From contig CAZAAD010000001.1 in assembly GCA_964483295.1 (NCBI GenBank), forward strand, positions 27,875-91,874: a stretch of DNA of 64,000 nt, in the 5' to 3' direction. A program made the position numbers and the translations under genes. This DNA comes from an uncultured Gammaproteobacteria bacterium (GTDB lineage Bacteria; Patescibacteriota; Patescibacteriia; Patescibacteriales; UBA12465). The stretch's first letter is position 1. Every line of letters starts with the position of its first letter. The notes beneath the pieces are model-generated. The model had not been told where the DNA came from. It was given only the letters and a program-made list of their open reading frames with translations, and did no database searches. Shown one piece after another: positions 55,188 through 63,945 of the stretch.

Positions 55188-56480
55188 TTATAAGTCCAAT
55201 TCTTCCAAGGCATACTGACGAAGCATATAAGCGTAAGGATTTTTCTGTGCCAACATGTTCAATGCGGCCAGAATGGCATTTTTCTGATTCAAAACCGTCA
55301 CAAGCGGCACCTGGCTCGGCAAGTTAAGACTACTCCAAACATCATTTGGGTTTTCTTTAGCAGTCAGTGGCACAGCAATTACTGGCCAGCTTGTACGGGC
55401 AGCCAGAATCGGACCCAAACCGTTACTCAGACCAACGGCAGCGATAATCACGCCGCCTTCAGGATAAGAGCTGAGTGTTTCCTCGAGTTGTTCCAGGCAA
55501 AGTTCTGGCGACTTGTGTCCAGAAATCACAATGTCCTCAAAAGCAATGGCGGGATTTTCGGCAAAACCCAGAGCAAGGACGGGGTCATTTTCTGAGCCAC
55601 GCCAGGAGACAATTGCTTGCTTCGGCAAATGTAACAGATCAGATAAGCCAGCCACGAGCGCATACTTGCTGCCCACTTCTTCCAAATTGGCGTTCTGCCT
55701 GAATGTTTCTTTGGACACTTCTTCCCAAGCACTAGTGCGCAAACGCCAACTGTCGTTGTCAATAACGTCAGCGACCAGGAGATTTCCGTCTTCATCAATG
55801 CCGAATTCGATTTTAAAATCGATTAACCTGAAACCGAGCTGCGCCCAAGCACCCTCCAAAACCAAAAAGGTTTTCCGAGTAATCTCTGCGATTTTATTAA
55901 GCAATTCTTCTACATCTCCAGGAAGAATCGCTTCTAAATCAAGCGCTGTAATCAAGGAATCTTTAGACCAAGACGGCACTTTTGGTTGGCGCAACTCATA
56001 ACCAGAATCGCTAATTTCAATCAACGGATCTTCAACTGGCGTAGTGCCAATTTCGACACCGTCAAAAGTTTTGATAATTTTTCCGGTTGTCTTTAAAAAA
56101 ATTTCAAAGACTAAAGCATGAAACCTTACCGGGTTACAGCCAGCTGGCATCTTCAGGTTCGGATAGCGTTCCAGATAGCTGCCCACGCCATAGCGACGAT
56201 CAATGACTTCCAAAGGAATCATCCGGCACTTAGGCGTACTGAATTCTGTTTCGGAAAGCTGCTCGATAAAAGCTACCGGAATACCAGCGCTTTTCAGTAA
56301 ACGAAAAACATTGCAAGTTGTCCGGGTGGCATATTTTGCCTTGCCCTCCATTTGTTTTGTAAGCTCCGGATTATCAAACTTGGTTAAAGCATCGAAGTTC
56401 TCCAGAATAACCACTTTGGGGTCGTCAGTAGCAAAAACCGCCTTGGTTTTGCCACGATAGATTTGTTCTCTTTTTTCCAT
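55188..56480 (-). CDS. Bifunctional SAICAR synthetase (PurC, N-terminal) / PurE-like AIR carboxylase or N5-CAIR mutase (C-terminal) fusion
   Basis: The N-terminus ...IYRGKTKAVFATDDPKVVILENFDALTKFD...SAGIPVAFIE... matches PurC. The C-terminus ...IVSWRGSENDP...IVISGHKSPE...VIIAAVGLSNGLGPILAARTSWPVIAVP... matches the PurE blocks (IVMGSKSDW / VVSAHRTPDK / [28 protein letters not shown]). Confidence 0.75.
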   Translation of the reverse strand: MEKREQIYRGKTKAVFATDDPKVVILENFDALTKFDNPELTKQMEGKAKYATRTTCNVFRLLKSAGIPVAFIEQLSETEFSTPKCRMIPLEVIDRRYGVGSYLERYPNLKMPAGCNPVRFHALVFEIFLKTTGKIIKTFDGVEIGTTPVEDPLIEISDSGYELRQPKVPSWSKDSLITALDLEAILPGDVEELLNKIAEITRKTFLVLEGAWAQLGFRLIDFKIEFGIDEDGNLLVADVIDNDSWRLRTSAWEEVSKETFRQNANLEEVGSKYALVAGLSDLLHLPKQAIVSWRGSENDPVLALGFAENPAIAFEDIVISGHKSPELCLEQLEETLSSYPEGGVIIAAVGLSNGLGPILAARTSWPVIAVPLTAKENPNDVWSSLNLPSQVPLVTVLNQKNAILAALNMLAQKNPYAYMLRQYALEELDL

Positions 56481-56526
56481 CTTTCGGTTTTTAAATTGTT
56501 AAAGAATGCCCTAACCTTAATAAATA

Positions 56527-56596
56527 TATTGATTTTTGTCAATAATAAACTAGCCTAAAAATATACTTGACATAACAAGTTAATTCCGATATACTT
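56527..56596 (+). promoter_or_regulatory. marR promoter (TTGACA-17-TATACT) with an upstream ATTGA-N6-TCAAT palindrome (candidate MarR operator / overlapping divergent -35 boxes)
   Basis: Plus strand: TTGACA at 56567-56572, TATACT at 56590-56595. The palindrome TATTGATTTTTGTCAATA sits at 56527-56544. The region is shared with the divergent purCE promoter. Confidence 0.5.
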
Positions 56597-56621
56597 GCTA
56601 TATCAACTAATAATAAAACTT

Positions 56622-57035
56622 ATGAAAAACACTCTACCCTTCCTTTTTAGCCTATATCGAGCTAATGCGATCATAAACCGACGCCTAGCCGGCCATGGCC
56701 TAGATTTTAATGATTTCATGATTCTGTATCATTTAAATTCTGCTCCGGAAAAAAAGTTGCGCCGCATCGACCTAGCTAATAAGCTCGGCTTCACCGCCTC
56801 CGGGGTGACGCGCCTATTATTACCTCTAGAAAAATTGGGTATTATTAAGCGCGCCGAAGGAGATGATGATAACCGCGCGCGCTTTGCCTCTTTAACTAGA
56901 GCCGGTGAAGAGTTATTGCACGATGCAACCAATTCTTTAGAAATGAAATTAGAAGATGTTATTCCTAATACGGAGCGAGAACGGTTACCAAAATTTACTG
57001 AACTGCTAACTAGAATTACCGACAACATATCATAA
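56622..57035 (+). CDS. MarR-family transcriptional regulator
   Basis: Winged-HTH ...LDFNDFMILYHLNSAPEKKLRRIDLANKLGFTASGVTRLLLPLEKLGIIKR... The first ATG is at 56622; the track's 56595 start is a TTG overlapping the -10. Confidence 0.85.
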   Translation: MKNTLPFLFSLYRANAIINRRLAGHGLDFNDFMILYHLNSAPEKKLRRIDLANKLGFTASGVTRLLLPLEKLGIIKRAEGDDDNRARFASLTRAGEELLHDATNSLEMKLEDVIPNTERERLPKFTELLTRITDNIS

Positions 57036-57041
57036 ACAAAA

Positions 57042-57080
57042 AGAGAGGCAACAAAAAACAGGAATTAATTTAGCTCCTGT
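57042..57080. terminator. Bidirectional rho-independent terminator
   Basis: AAAAAACAGGAATTAATTTAGCTCCTGTTTTTTG. Confidence 0.65.
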
Positions 57081-57100
57081 TTTTTGTTCATTCTATCAGG

Positions 57101-57637
57101 CTACTTAAATTTTATCCGATACTCAACCTCTTCCATCTCCTTGCCTTTAGCGTTCTTGCCAATATATTCCCGAATAACTTCCCCGCCTAAAATTTCCGCA
57201 ATCTTGCGGCTAGGTAAATTATCTTTGACTACCGGGTATTTCAATTGACTGCAAGTTAAGTTGTCTTTAGCCCATTCTTTTAAAGCTAACATGGATTCTC
57301 GTCCATACCCCTGCCCCCAAGTAGAACGTTTAAACCAAAGCCCTAATTCGGGAACTTCATCCTGCAATTTATCTAAACTAACACAGCCTAAAAATTTTTT
57401 CGTTTTTTTATCTAAAGCGACAAGCTGCAAATCCTCGCCCTTAAGCAAACTCTGTAGTGAGCGCTCAATAAATTCTGCGGTATGACAGATATCGGAACTG
57501 GGCTGCGGAAAAAGAAAAATAGCCACCTCGGGAGTAAATTCTCGAAAAATATCTTCCTCATATTCATGGTTAATAGGGACAAGCAGTAAGCGTTCAGTCT
57601 CAAGAAAAAAATTTTTTAAATCAGAAACTAGGCTCAT
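57101..57637 (-). CDS. GNAT-family N-acetyltransferase (RimJ/RimL-like)
   Basis: ...LGCVSL...WFKRSTWGQGYGRESMLALKEWAKDNL... is the acetyl-CoA binding motif A region (Q/RxxGxG/A). Confidence 0.8.
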   Translation of the reverse strand: MSLVSDLKNFFLETERLLLVPINHEYEEDIFREFTPEVAIFLFPQPSSDICHTAEFIERSLQSLLKGEDLQLVALDKKTKKFLGCVSLDKLQDEVPELGLWFKRSTWGQGYGRESMLALKEWAKDNLTCSQLKYPVVKDNLPSRKIAEILGGEVIREYIGKNAKGKEMEEVEYRIKFK

Positions 57638-57648
57638 AAATTTTATTA

Positions 57649-58314
57649 TTATTTTTTTAACTTGGCTTTTATAATTGTCCTCTTCTCATCGCTTCCAATA
57701 ATTACAGAAGCGAAGCCAAATTTTTTCAAAAGACCAATTAAATAATTTTTATTAAAACTTATCCAACCAAACTCTTCCCCGGTTTTTCCGCGCCAACTAG
57801 GAGTGAGCTTCACCTTAAAATAATTGCGGTCATCAATATTTCTCGCATCAATCAAAACTTGGCCGCCATCGGTTAAAAGTGACTTTATCTTTTTGATTAA
57901 TTTTTTGGTTCCTGTTAAATCGCCGCTTAAACCAATATTATTTTCCAATAAAGTTATCGTATCAAATTTTTTTCGGCTTGAGAAAAAAAAGATATCACCT
58001 TGAAAACAGTTTTTTAATCCTTGCATTTTAGCAATAGCAACCAACTTAGGAGAAAGCTCTAAACCATAAACATCGCCCTTCTTCGCCAACGCCGGCAAAT
58101 AATAGCCGGTCGCGCAGCCAATATCTAAAATGCGACCACGAGCTTCGCTGATTAATAGTTTTTCCAAGGGCGCTAATTGCCTAACTGTCCTGAGATACCG
58201 ATTGATATCATGAACACTTGACCTGTTACTTGAATAATTAAAAACAAAATCGCCCTTAATTCCTTTGAGCTTATCGAGCAGTGCTATGCCTAGTAAATCC
58301 ATGGATTTTTTCAT
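57649..58314 (-). CDS. Class I SAM-dependent methyltransferase
   Basis: Motif I ...ILDIGCATGYY... and motif II ...YGLELSPKLVAIAK..., then ...FDTITLLEN... Confidence 0.75.
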   Translation of the reverse strand: MKKSMDLLGIALLDKLKGIKGDFVFNYSSNRSSVHDINRYLRTVRQLAPLEKLLISEARGRILDIGCATGYYLPALAKKGDVYGLELSPKLVAIAKMQGLKNCFQGDIFFFSSRKKFDTITLLENNIGLSGDLTGTKKLIKKIKSLLTDGGQVLIDARNIDDRNYFKVKLTPSWRGKTGEEFGWISFNKNYLIGLLKKFGFASVIIGSDEKRTIIKAKLKK

Positions 58315-58322
58315 AAAGAGAT

Positions 58323-58955
58323 TTATACTTTATTTTTCAGCTCACCTTTAATCATTTTTATAATTTCTGGAAATTCTGATATTTTAAAATGGCCGGCAAC
58401 ATGAGGATAAACAGCAATATGTGCTTTAGTTAACTTGGTAGCATACTTGGCAGAGTGTGCCGCCGGAACAACATCGTCATTTTCAGAAAAAAGTAAATGC
58501 AAATTGCGACAGCTCTTCTCTAGTAAAGATAGGTTTTGGGGCAACTTAAACCCGCCAACCAAGCTCTCTCCAGGCAAATCACCGTCAAAAGGGGGCGCGA
58601 TTAAATAAACCGATAGAAATTTTTTGGTTAATTTGTTTTCCGATAAATATTTAGCCAAGAACATTCCTCCTAAAGAAGAACCAATTAAAACATCCCCGGA
58701 ACGCAAAAACGTCAGATAGCGCTCAAAATGTATTTTCCAATCTTCATACTTAGCATCATCAGCTAATGGCATGTTGGGGCGAATAATTTCCAAATATCGA
58801 CCTAGCTTTTCATCAAGATAACCGCGATGCCATCTCTCTTTTTTGTCTAATGATATTTCTCTGGTGCGCAGATAATCTAAATACTCGCGGCGATTTTTAA
58901 AAGTCATTCCACCATGAATAAATAAAATTCTGGGCTTGCGCTTTTTTGTGGTCAT
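58323..58955 (-). CDS. Alpha/beta hydrolase (RBBP9/YdeN-like serine hydrolase family)
   Basis: ...RILFIHGGMTF... and the nucleophile elbow ...LIGSSLGGMFLAKYL... (GxSxG). Confidence 0.65.
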   Translation of the reverse strand: MTTKKRKPRILFIHGGMTFKNRREYLDYLRTREISLDKKERWHRGYLDEKLGRYLEIIRPNMPLADDAKYEDWKIHFERYLTFLRSGDVLIGSSLGGMFLAKYLSENKLTKKFLSVYLIAPPFDGDLPGESLVGGFKLPQNLSLLEKSCRNLHLLFSENDDVVPAAHSAKYATKLTKAHIAVYPHVAGHFKISEFPEIIKMIKGELKNKV

Positions 58956-58996
58956 ATATACGAAAACTGCTCAAGAAACTTGAGCAGTTAGGCTAA

Positions 58997-60391
58997 TTAA
59001 AATTCTAAATTTTTTGGCGTGCGCGGAAAAGGAATTACATCTCGGATGTTAGCCATGCCTGTTAAATACATAATCGCTCTCTCGAATCCAAGACCAAAAC
59101 CAGCATGCTTGACTGAACCGAAGCGGCGCAAGTCTAAGTACCACCAATAATCCTCCTCCTTAAGATTCAGCTCTTTAATTCGCTTCACTAGTAAATCATA
59201 ACGCTCTTCTCTCTGGCTGCCGCCAATCAGTTCGCCAATTCCTGGAACAAGTAAGTCAGCCGCGGCCACAGTCTTACCATCATCATTCTGACGCATATAA
59301 AAAGCCTTAATCTCCTTGGGATAATCCATCAGAAAAACCGGCTTGCCGAAAATCTTTTCGGTAATATAGCGCTCATGCTCAGTCTTTAAATCAACCCCCC
59401 AATAAACTGGATTTTCAAATTTTTCCCCGCTCTTAAGCAGCAAGTCAACCGCCTCAGTATAAGTAATCCTAACAAAATCGGATTTAACAATATTATCTAA
59501 ACGCTCCAACAGTCCTGGATCAATAAATTTATTAAAGAATTCCATCTCCTCCGGCAATTCTTTCAAAACATAGGAGACCATGTATTTAAGCATCTCCTCT
59601 GCTAAATTCATATCATCTTCTAGATCAGCAAACGCCATCTCCGGCTCAACCATCCAAAATTCACAAGCATGGCGGGTCGTATTAGAATTCTCAGCCCGAA
59701 AAGTTGGGCCAAAAGTATAAACACGATTCAAGCCATTAATCAGAGTTTCTGCTTCTAGTTGTCCGCTAACAGTTAGCCCGGCCTGCTTGCCAAAAAAATC
59801 TTGAGAAAAATCAACCTTCCCTTCCTTGTCTTTTGGAATTGGTTTCTCTAAATTAAACATTGTTAGATTAAACACTTCGCCCGCCCCTTCACAGTCGCTG
59901 CCGGAAATTATTGGCGTGTGCACATAAGCAAAACCTCTTTCTTGAAAAAACTTATGGAGAGCAAATGACAAAGCTGAACGCAAACGATAGACCGCAGTAA
60001 AAGTATTGCTGCGTCCACGGAGATGAGCAATTTCGCGTAAAAATTCAAAACTATGTCTTTTCTTTTGCAAAGGATAATCAGGGGCAGCCGCATTAATAAT
60101 TTCTACCCGCGAAGCCTTAAGCTCAAATGGCTGGCCGGCAGCTGGTGATTCAATAATAGTTCCCTCAACTTCAAGTGAAGAGCCAACAGGAATTTTTTCC
60201 AACTCCGCAAAATTATTTAAATCATTATTAACTACAACCTGTAAGCTTTTGAAAAAACTGCCATCATTGAGTTCAATGAAAGCGATGTCTCCTGAGGATC
60301 GACTCGTGCGCACCCAGCCACCGACTTTAACGTCTTTGCCGAAATACGACGCCACCTCCTGATAAATGTCCTTAACGTGAGTGTAGCTCAT
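58997..60391 (-). CDS. asnS: Asparagine--tRNA ligase
   Basis: N-terminal OB-fold, class II motifs ...[24 protein letters not shown]... and ...[15 protein letters not shown]... The ~464-aa length fits AsnRS rather than AspRS. Confidence 0.85.
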   Translation of the reverse strand: MSYTHVKDIYQEVASYFGKDVKVGGWVRTSRSSGDIAFIELNDGSFFKSLQVVVNNDLNNFAELEKIPVGSSLEVEGTIIESPAAGQPFELKASRVEIINAAAPDYPLQKKRHSFEFLREIAHLRGRSNTFTAVYRLRSALSFALHKFFQERGFAYVHTPIISGSDCEGAGEVFNLTMFNLEKPIPKDKEGKVDFSQDFFGKQAGLTVSGQLEAETLINGLNRVYTFGPTFRAENSNTTRHACEFWMVEPEMAFADLEDDMNLAEEMLKYMVSYVLKELPEEMEFFNKFIDPGLLERLDNIVKSDFVRITYTEAVDLLLKSGEKFENPVYWGVDLKTEHERYITEKIFGKPVFLMDYPKEIKAFYMRQNDDGKTVAAADLLVPGIGELIGGSQREERYDLLVKRIKELNLKEEDYWWYLDLRRFGSVKHAGFGLGFERAIMYLTGMANIRDVIPFPRTPKNLEF

Positions 60392-60480
60392 AGTATTAAA
60401 GGTTAATAATATATCTAAAATATAATAAAAAACCGCACTTAAGTCAAATAAGAAACTAAAAATGCGGTTCTAAAATAAAG

Positions 60481-60756
60481 CTAACGAGCAAGAAATAAAT
60501 ATACGAGGTAAGCCAAAGCGGCGTTCTGAATCATTATAAACGGCATGCCAAGCAAGAAATACCACTTCTTAGTTTTATGGCGAAAAGCAAACATGCCTAA
60601 ATATATACCAACAGAGCCACCAAGAGCTGCCCAAAAAAACATCATTCCCTCAGAAATTCGGCGATAAACCGGATTACGAGACTTAGTCTTATCGATCAGC
60701 ATTACAACAAATGCTAGGACATTAATTAACACCAAAACTAATAAAAGTGCTGACAT
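60481..60756 (-). CDS. DUF1294-family small membrane protein
   Basis: ...DKTKSRNPVYRRISEGMMFFWAALGGSVGIYLGMFAFRHKTKKWYF... matches my recollection of DUF1294. Confidence 0.65.
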   Translation of the reverse strand: MSALLLVLVLINVLAFVVMLIDKTKSRNPVYRRISEGMMFFWAALGGSVGIYLGMFAFRHKTKKWYFLLGMPFIMIQNAALAYLVYLFLAR

Positions 60757-60763
60757 AAATTAT

Positions 60764-62206
60764 TTATTGCGTTCTCCCTCGAAAACGGCTCGGTCGAGCA
60801 GACTGCTGACTAGTGCCACGAGAATGAAAATTTCCTGCCGGGCGGCGGCGGCGATTACCGGATGATGGTCTTGAAGATGATTCTGATTGACCGCCAGAAG
60901 ATGGACGCGAAGATGACGACCTGCCTCCAGAAGATGGACGGGCCGATGAATACTGTCTATTTGATGATTGTCTTGAAGATGAAGCCTTGCCACTAAAATT
61001 TCCTCGGCGCGCAAAAGAGCCCTTCCGCATATCGGGATTAGTCGCCTGATTTTCCGGACGAGCAAAAGCGGTTTGCTTAATCTCTTTGTTTATTAATCTC
61101 TCAATTTCTCTTATTTCCCGACGCTCACTGGTTGTAGCAAAAGTAATTGCTTTACCAGGCTGGTCCGCTCGGCCTGTGCGACCAATGCGATGAACGTAAT
61201 CGTCAGAGTTATCAGGAAGATTAAAATTAACCACCAACTCAATCCCGTTAACATCAAGACCGCGGGCAGCAACATCAGTGGCTACTAAAATTCTGTCCTT
61301 CTTAGACTTAAACCCAGCCAAGGCTAAACGGCGACGATTAAGCGAAAGATTGGAATGAATTTCTACAGCTTTGTGACCTAAATCCTGTAATCTAGCAGTT
61401 AGATTTTTAACACCGTGTTTCGTACGAACAAAAACTAAAACCGAGCCTTTATAAAAAGCGAGAACTTTTAGTAAATGAGAAACGCGATCTTCTGGGTTAA
61501 TAATAAAAATTTCTTGATCAACCTTAGCAGCGGTTGTCCCCGGAGGAGCGACTTCAATACTAACCGGCAACTTCATAAAAGTCGCGGCTAAATTTAAAAT
61601 TGCCGCTGGCATAGTAGCCGAAAATAAAAGGGTTTGCCTATCAGTCGGTGCCTGTTTTAAAATTTCTTTAATCTGCGGGGCGAAGCCCATGTCAAGCATC
61701 ATATCCGCTTCATCTAAAATCAAAACTTTAATCTGATCTAGTTTAAAAGTTCGCCGTGCCAAATGATCAATCAAGCGACCAGGCGTAGCGATAACAACAT
61801 GTGGTTTTTTGCGTAGATGAAATAATTGTCTATCTAAAGACTCACCACCAATAAGTAACGCAGTCTTTAATCCTAAAGCATGGCCCAAGGTCTTAAAACT
61901 TTCTTCAACCTGAGTTGCTAATTCGCGAGTCGGCGCAATGACTAAAGCTTGACCCTTCTCTGCTCCTAAGCGCTGTAAAGTCGGTAAACCATAGGCAAAA
62001 GTTTTGCCTGTTCCAGTTTGAGCGATACCAATTAAATCTTGACCCGCAATTGCTACTGGAATAGCTTTGCGCTGAATTGGAGTTGGATGTTCTAATTTGA
62101 GATTATGTAAAACTGCTAATAAAGAATCGCTGATTCCTAAATCAGAAAATTTTGTCTGGTCTGGCGTAGCTTCTTTATCAGCTGCGCGCCCTAATGGCTT
62201 GTTCAT
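60764..62206 (-). CDS. DEAD-box ATP-dependent RNA helicase with an RS/G-rich low-complexity C-terminal tail
   Basis: Q-motif, AQTGTGKT (I), PTRELA (Ia), DEAD (II: LILDEADMML), SAT (III), HRIGRTGRA (VI). The tail is ...SSSRQSSNRQYSSARPSSGGRSSSSRPSSGG... Confidence 0.9.
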   Translation of the reverse strand: MNKPLGRAADKEATPDQTKFSDLGISDSLLAVLHNLKLEHPTPIQRKAIPVAIAGQDLIGIAQTGTGKTFAYGLPTLQRLGAEKGQALVIAPTRELATQVEESFKTLGHALGLKTALLIGGESLDRQLFHLRKKPHVVIATPGRLIDHLARRTFKLDQIKVLILDEADMMLDMGFAPQIKEILKQAPTDRQTLLFSATMPAAILNLAATFMKLPVSIEVAPPGTTAAKVDQEIFIINPEDRVSHLLKVLAFYKGSVLVFVRTKHGVKNLTARLQDLGHKAVEIHSNLSLNRRRLALAGFKSKKDRILVATDVAARGLDVNGIELVVNFNLPDNSDDYVHRIGRTGRADQPGKAITFATTSERREIREIERLINKEIKQTAFARPENQATNPDMRKGSFARRGNFSGKASSSRQSSNRQYSSARPSSGGRSSSSRPSSGGQSESSSRPSSGNRRRRPAGNFHSRGTSQQSARPSRFRGRTQ

Positions 62207-62239
62207 AGAAAAATAAAAAATAAATAATTGTTACTGTTA

Positions 62240-63046
62240 TCAGATTGCTAAATTTAAGTTCTTAAGAAATCTGACCGTAACAAAAGAACTGACTATGATG
62301 ATAATGCCCATCATAATCATTTGTGGCCAAGGCAAAGAAAATCCGCCTTGACTCAAAACTATCATAATTGAAATGATAGCGGCGCCCATCGTAATGAAGA
62401 AAGTCAGAAATGGAACTGTTAACACTTGTCCTAAAACATTTTTCTGACGCAACAAATGAGAAACGATAATCGCCCCAGGCAACAAGAAAGCCATATCAAG
62501 CACTTGAATCGGATTAACAAATAACCCAATCTTATCCACGTCTTGAGGAAGCCCGCCGTTAATTAAGGCCCGGATGATATCACTAGCCCATAAAGCATAG
62601 AACATTATGCCAATAATAAGCAAGAGGCGACTAGCCATTCTTGTTTTTACCTTAGCAAAATTATGGCCAATTATTGACCAATCTAAGCCAATTAAGCTGC
62701 CCAAGAAGCTATAAAACGACAAACCCAAAATTGCCACATAAACTAAAAATAAAGGCCCAAAATGGATAAAAAATGAATATAAAGCATAGGAATAGACAAG
62801 ATATAACAAAAGGCCGAGCCAGATTAAAAAAGCACCTAAAGCTTTTTTTGGTAAATAAAAAGTCGTAACTAACAAAAGTGGCACCACTAAAAACAAATTA
62901 ATATAATCCTGAGCCATCGCCTGCAAAGCCCAGTTAATTGTCTCTTGGGAATAGGTTTCAGAATTAATTACCCCAAGTAAACTAGCCACAGTAACCAATA
63001 AGCTAATCAGGACAGCTAGCCAAATATATATTTTAGATATTTTCAT
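62240..63046 (-). CDS. Hypothetical polytopic membrane protein (268 aa, ~7 TM)
   Basis: The ORF is hydrophobic throughout. No motif recognised. Confidence 0.5.
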   Translation of the reverse strand: MKISKIYIWLAVLISLLVTVASLLGVINSETYSQETINWALQAMAQDYINLFLVVPLLLVTTFYLPKKALGAFLIWLGLLLYLVYSYALYSFFIHFGPLFLVYVAILGLSFYSFLGSLIGLDWSIIGHNFAKVKTRMASRLLLIIGIMFYALWASDIIRALINGGLPQDVDKIGLFVNPIQVLDMAFLLPGAIIVSHLLRQKNVLGQVLTVPFLTFFITMGAAIISIMIVLSQGGFSLPWPQMIMMGIIIIVSSFVTVRFLKNLNLAI

Positions 63047-63053
63047 AACCGCC

Positions 63054-63845
63054 CTATTTCTTAAAAATTAATTTCTTAGCTAAAAAATCAACTATTCGTC
63101 CGAATAAATATTTTATCGACCCCAACTTAACTGGATACCAATAATCAGATTCGAGCCAGCCCTTCTCGCGAAAATGACGTGCATCCTTATTATCTTGTCC
63201 GGAATATTTATGAGCCAAGCGAGTCATATGAAACATTAAAATTCTAAAAAAACTTGGAGATGGCTGCTGGTGACGATTAATTTCTTTTGAGAAGCGCTTA
63301 GCTAGTTTTTTAACCTGGACATCAACTCTCTTAACCTCATCCTTATTCCAGGGGCTAATCGGGTTGTAGGCGGCAGATGTTAAGGTTAAAATTGTTCCTT
63401 TAATATAATTCCCACCCCAAAATCCCACTGTCTGTTTAAAATATTTTTCTATTGCTCCACCACCAAACACGCCCTGGGTAATAATCACTGTAAAACCTCT
63501 TTTAAAAAACATCGGGTGATGAACAACAAAGGCATATCTATCAAGAAAATTCTTCATCAAATGTGTTACCTGTAAAGAAAAATTAGAAGTAGCAAAAACA
63601 ACACCATCAGCCTCGTCCATTTTCTGTAGAATAATATCGCGATCGTCTTTAAGTGGACAGGTCTCTTCCCCGCGAGACAGACAAGAGGCACAGCCGAGAC
63701 AACCTTTTAAATCCACCTCTCTTAAATTTAAAAGTTCCACCGAAAAATCAGTGCCTAAACGAGCAATAAACGCATCAATCACGCGCCTAGTCTGACCCAA
63801 AGGACGAAGGCTGCCGTTAATAATTAAGATTTTCTTGTTATTCAT
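63054..63845 (-). CDS. Flavodoxin-like fold NAD(P)H-dependent FMN reductase / iron-sulfur flavoprotein family
   Basis: MNNKKILIINGSLRPLGQTRR... is the typical flavodoxin_2/NADPH-dep FMN reductase N-terminus, with ...ADGVVFATSNFS... and a Cys cluster CLGCASC...C. The start is taken at MNNKK. Confidence 0.65.
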   Translation of the reverse strand: MNNKKILIINGSLRPLGQTRRVIDAFIARLGTDFSVELLNLREVDLKGCLGCASCLSRGEETCPLKDDRDIILQKMDEADGVVFATSNFSLQVTHLMKNFLDRYAFVVHHPMFFKRGFTVIITQGVFGGGAIEKYFKQTVGFWGGNYIKGTILTLTSAAYNPISPWNKDEVKRVDVQVKKLAKRFSKEINRHQQPSPSFFRILMFHMTRLAHKYSGQDNKDARHFREKGWLESDYWYPVKLGSIKYLFGRIVDFLAKKLIFKK

Positions 63846-63945
63846 ACAATTATCATTCTCCAATAAACATAGCATAAAAAGCTTGATTTTAAAAGAAATT
63901 TTAGATTATATTGCCTTTGGCTGGCCCTTGTCCTATTATGTCTAT

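Noticed and set aside
55513-56001. 162-aa and 90-aa ORFs antisense to the PurC-PurE fusion gene
   Set aside because: They lie inside a gene with clear PurC and PurE motifs and have no support.
60760-61065. 101-aa His-rich ORF overlapping the DEAD-box helicase 3' end
   Set aside because: It is an alternate-frame product of the repetitive RS/G-tail coding DNA; the helicase frame is continuous through the region.
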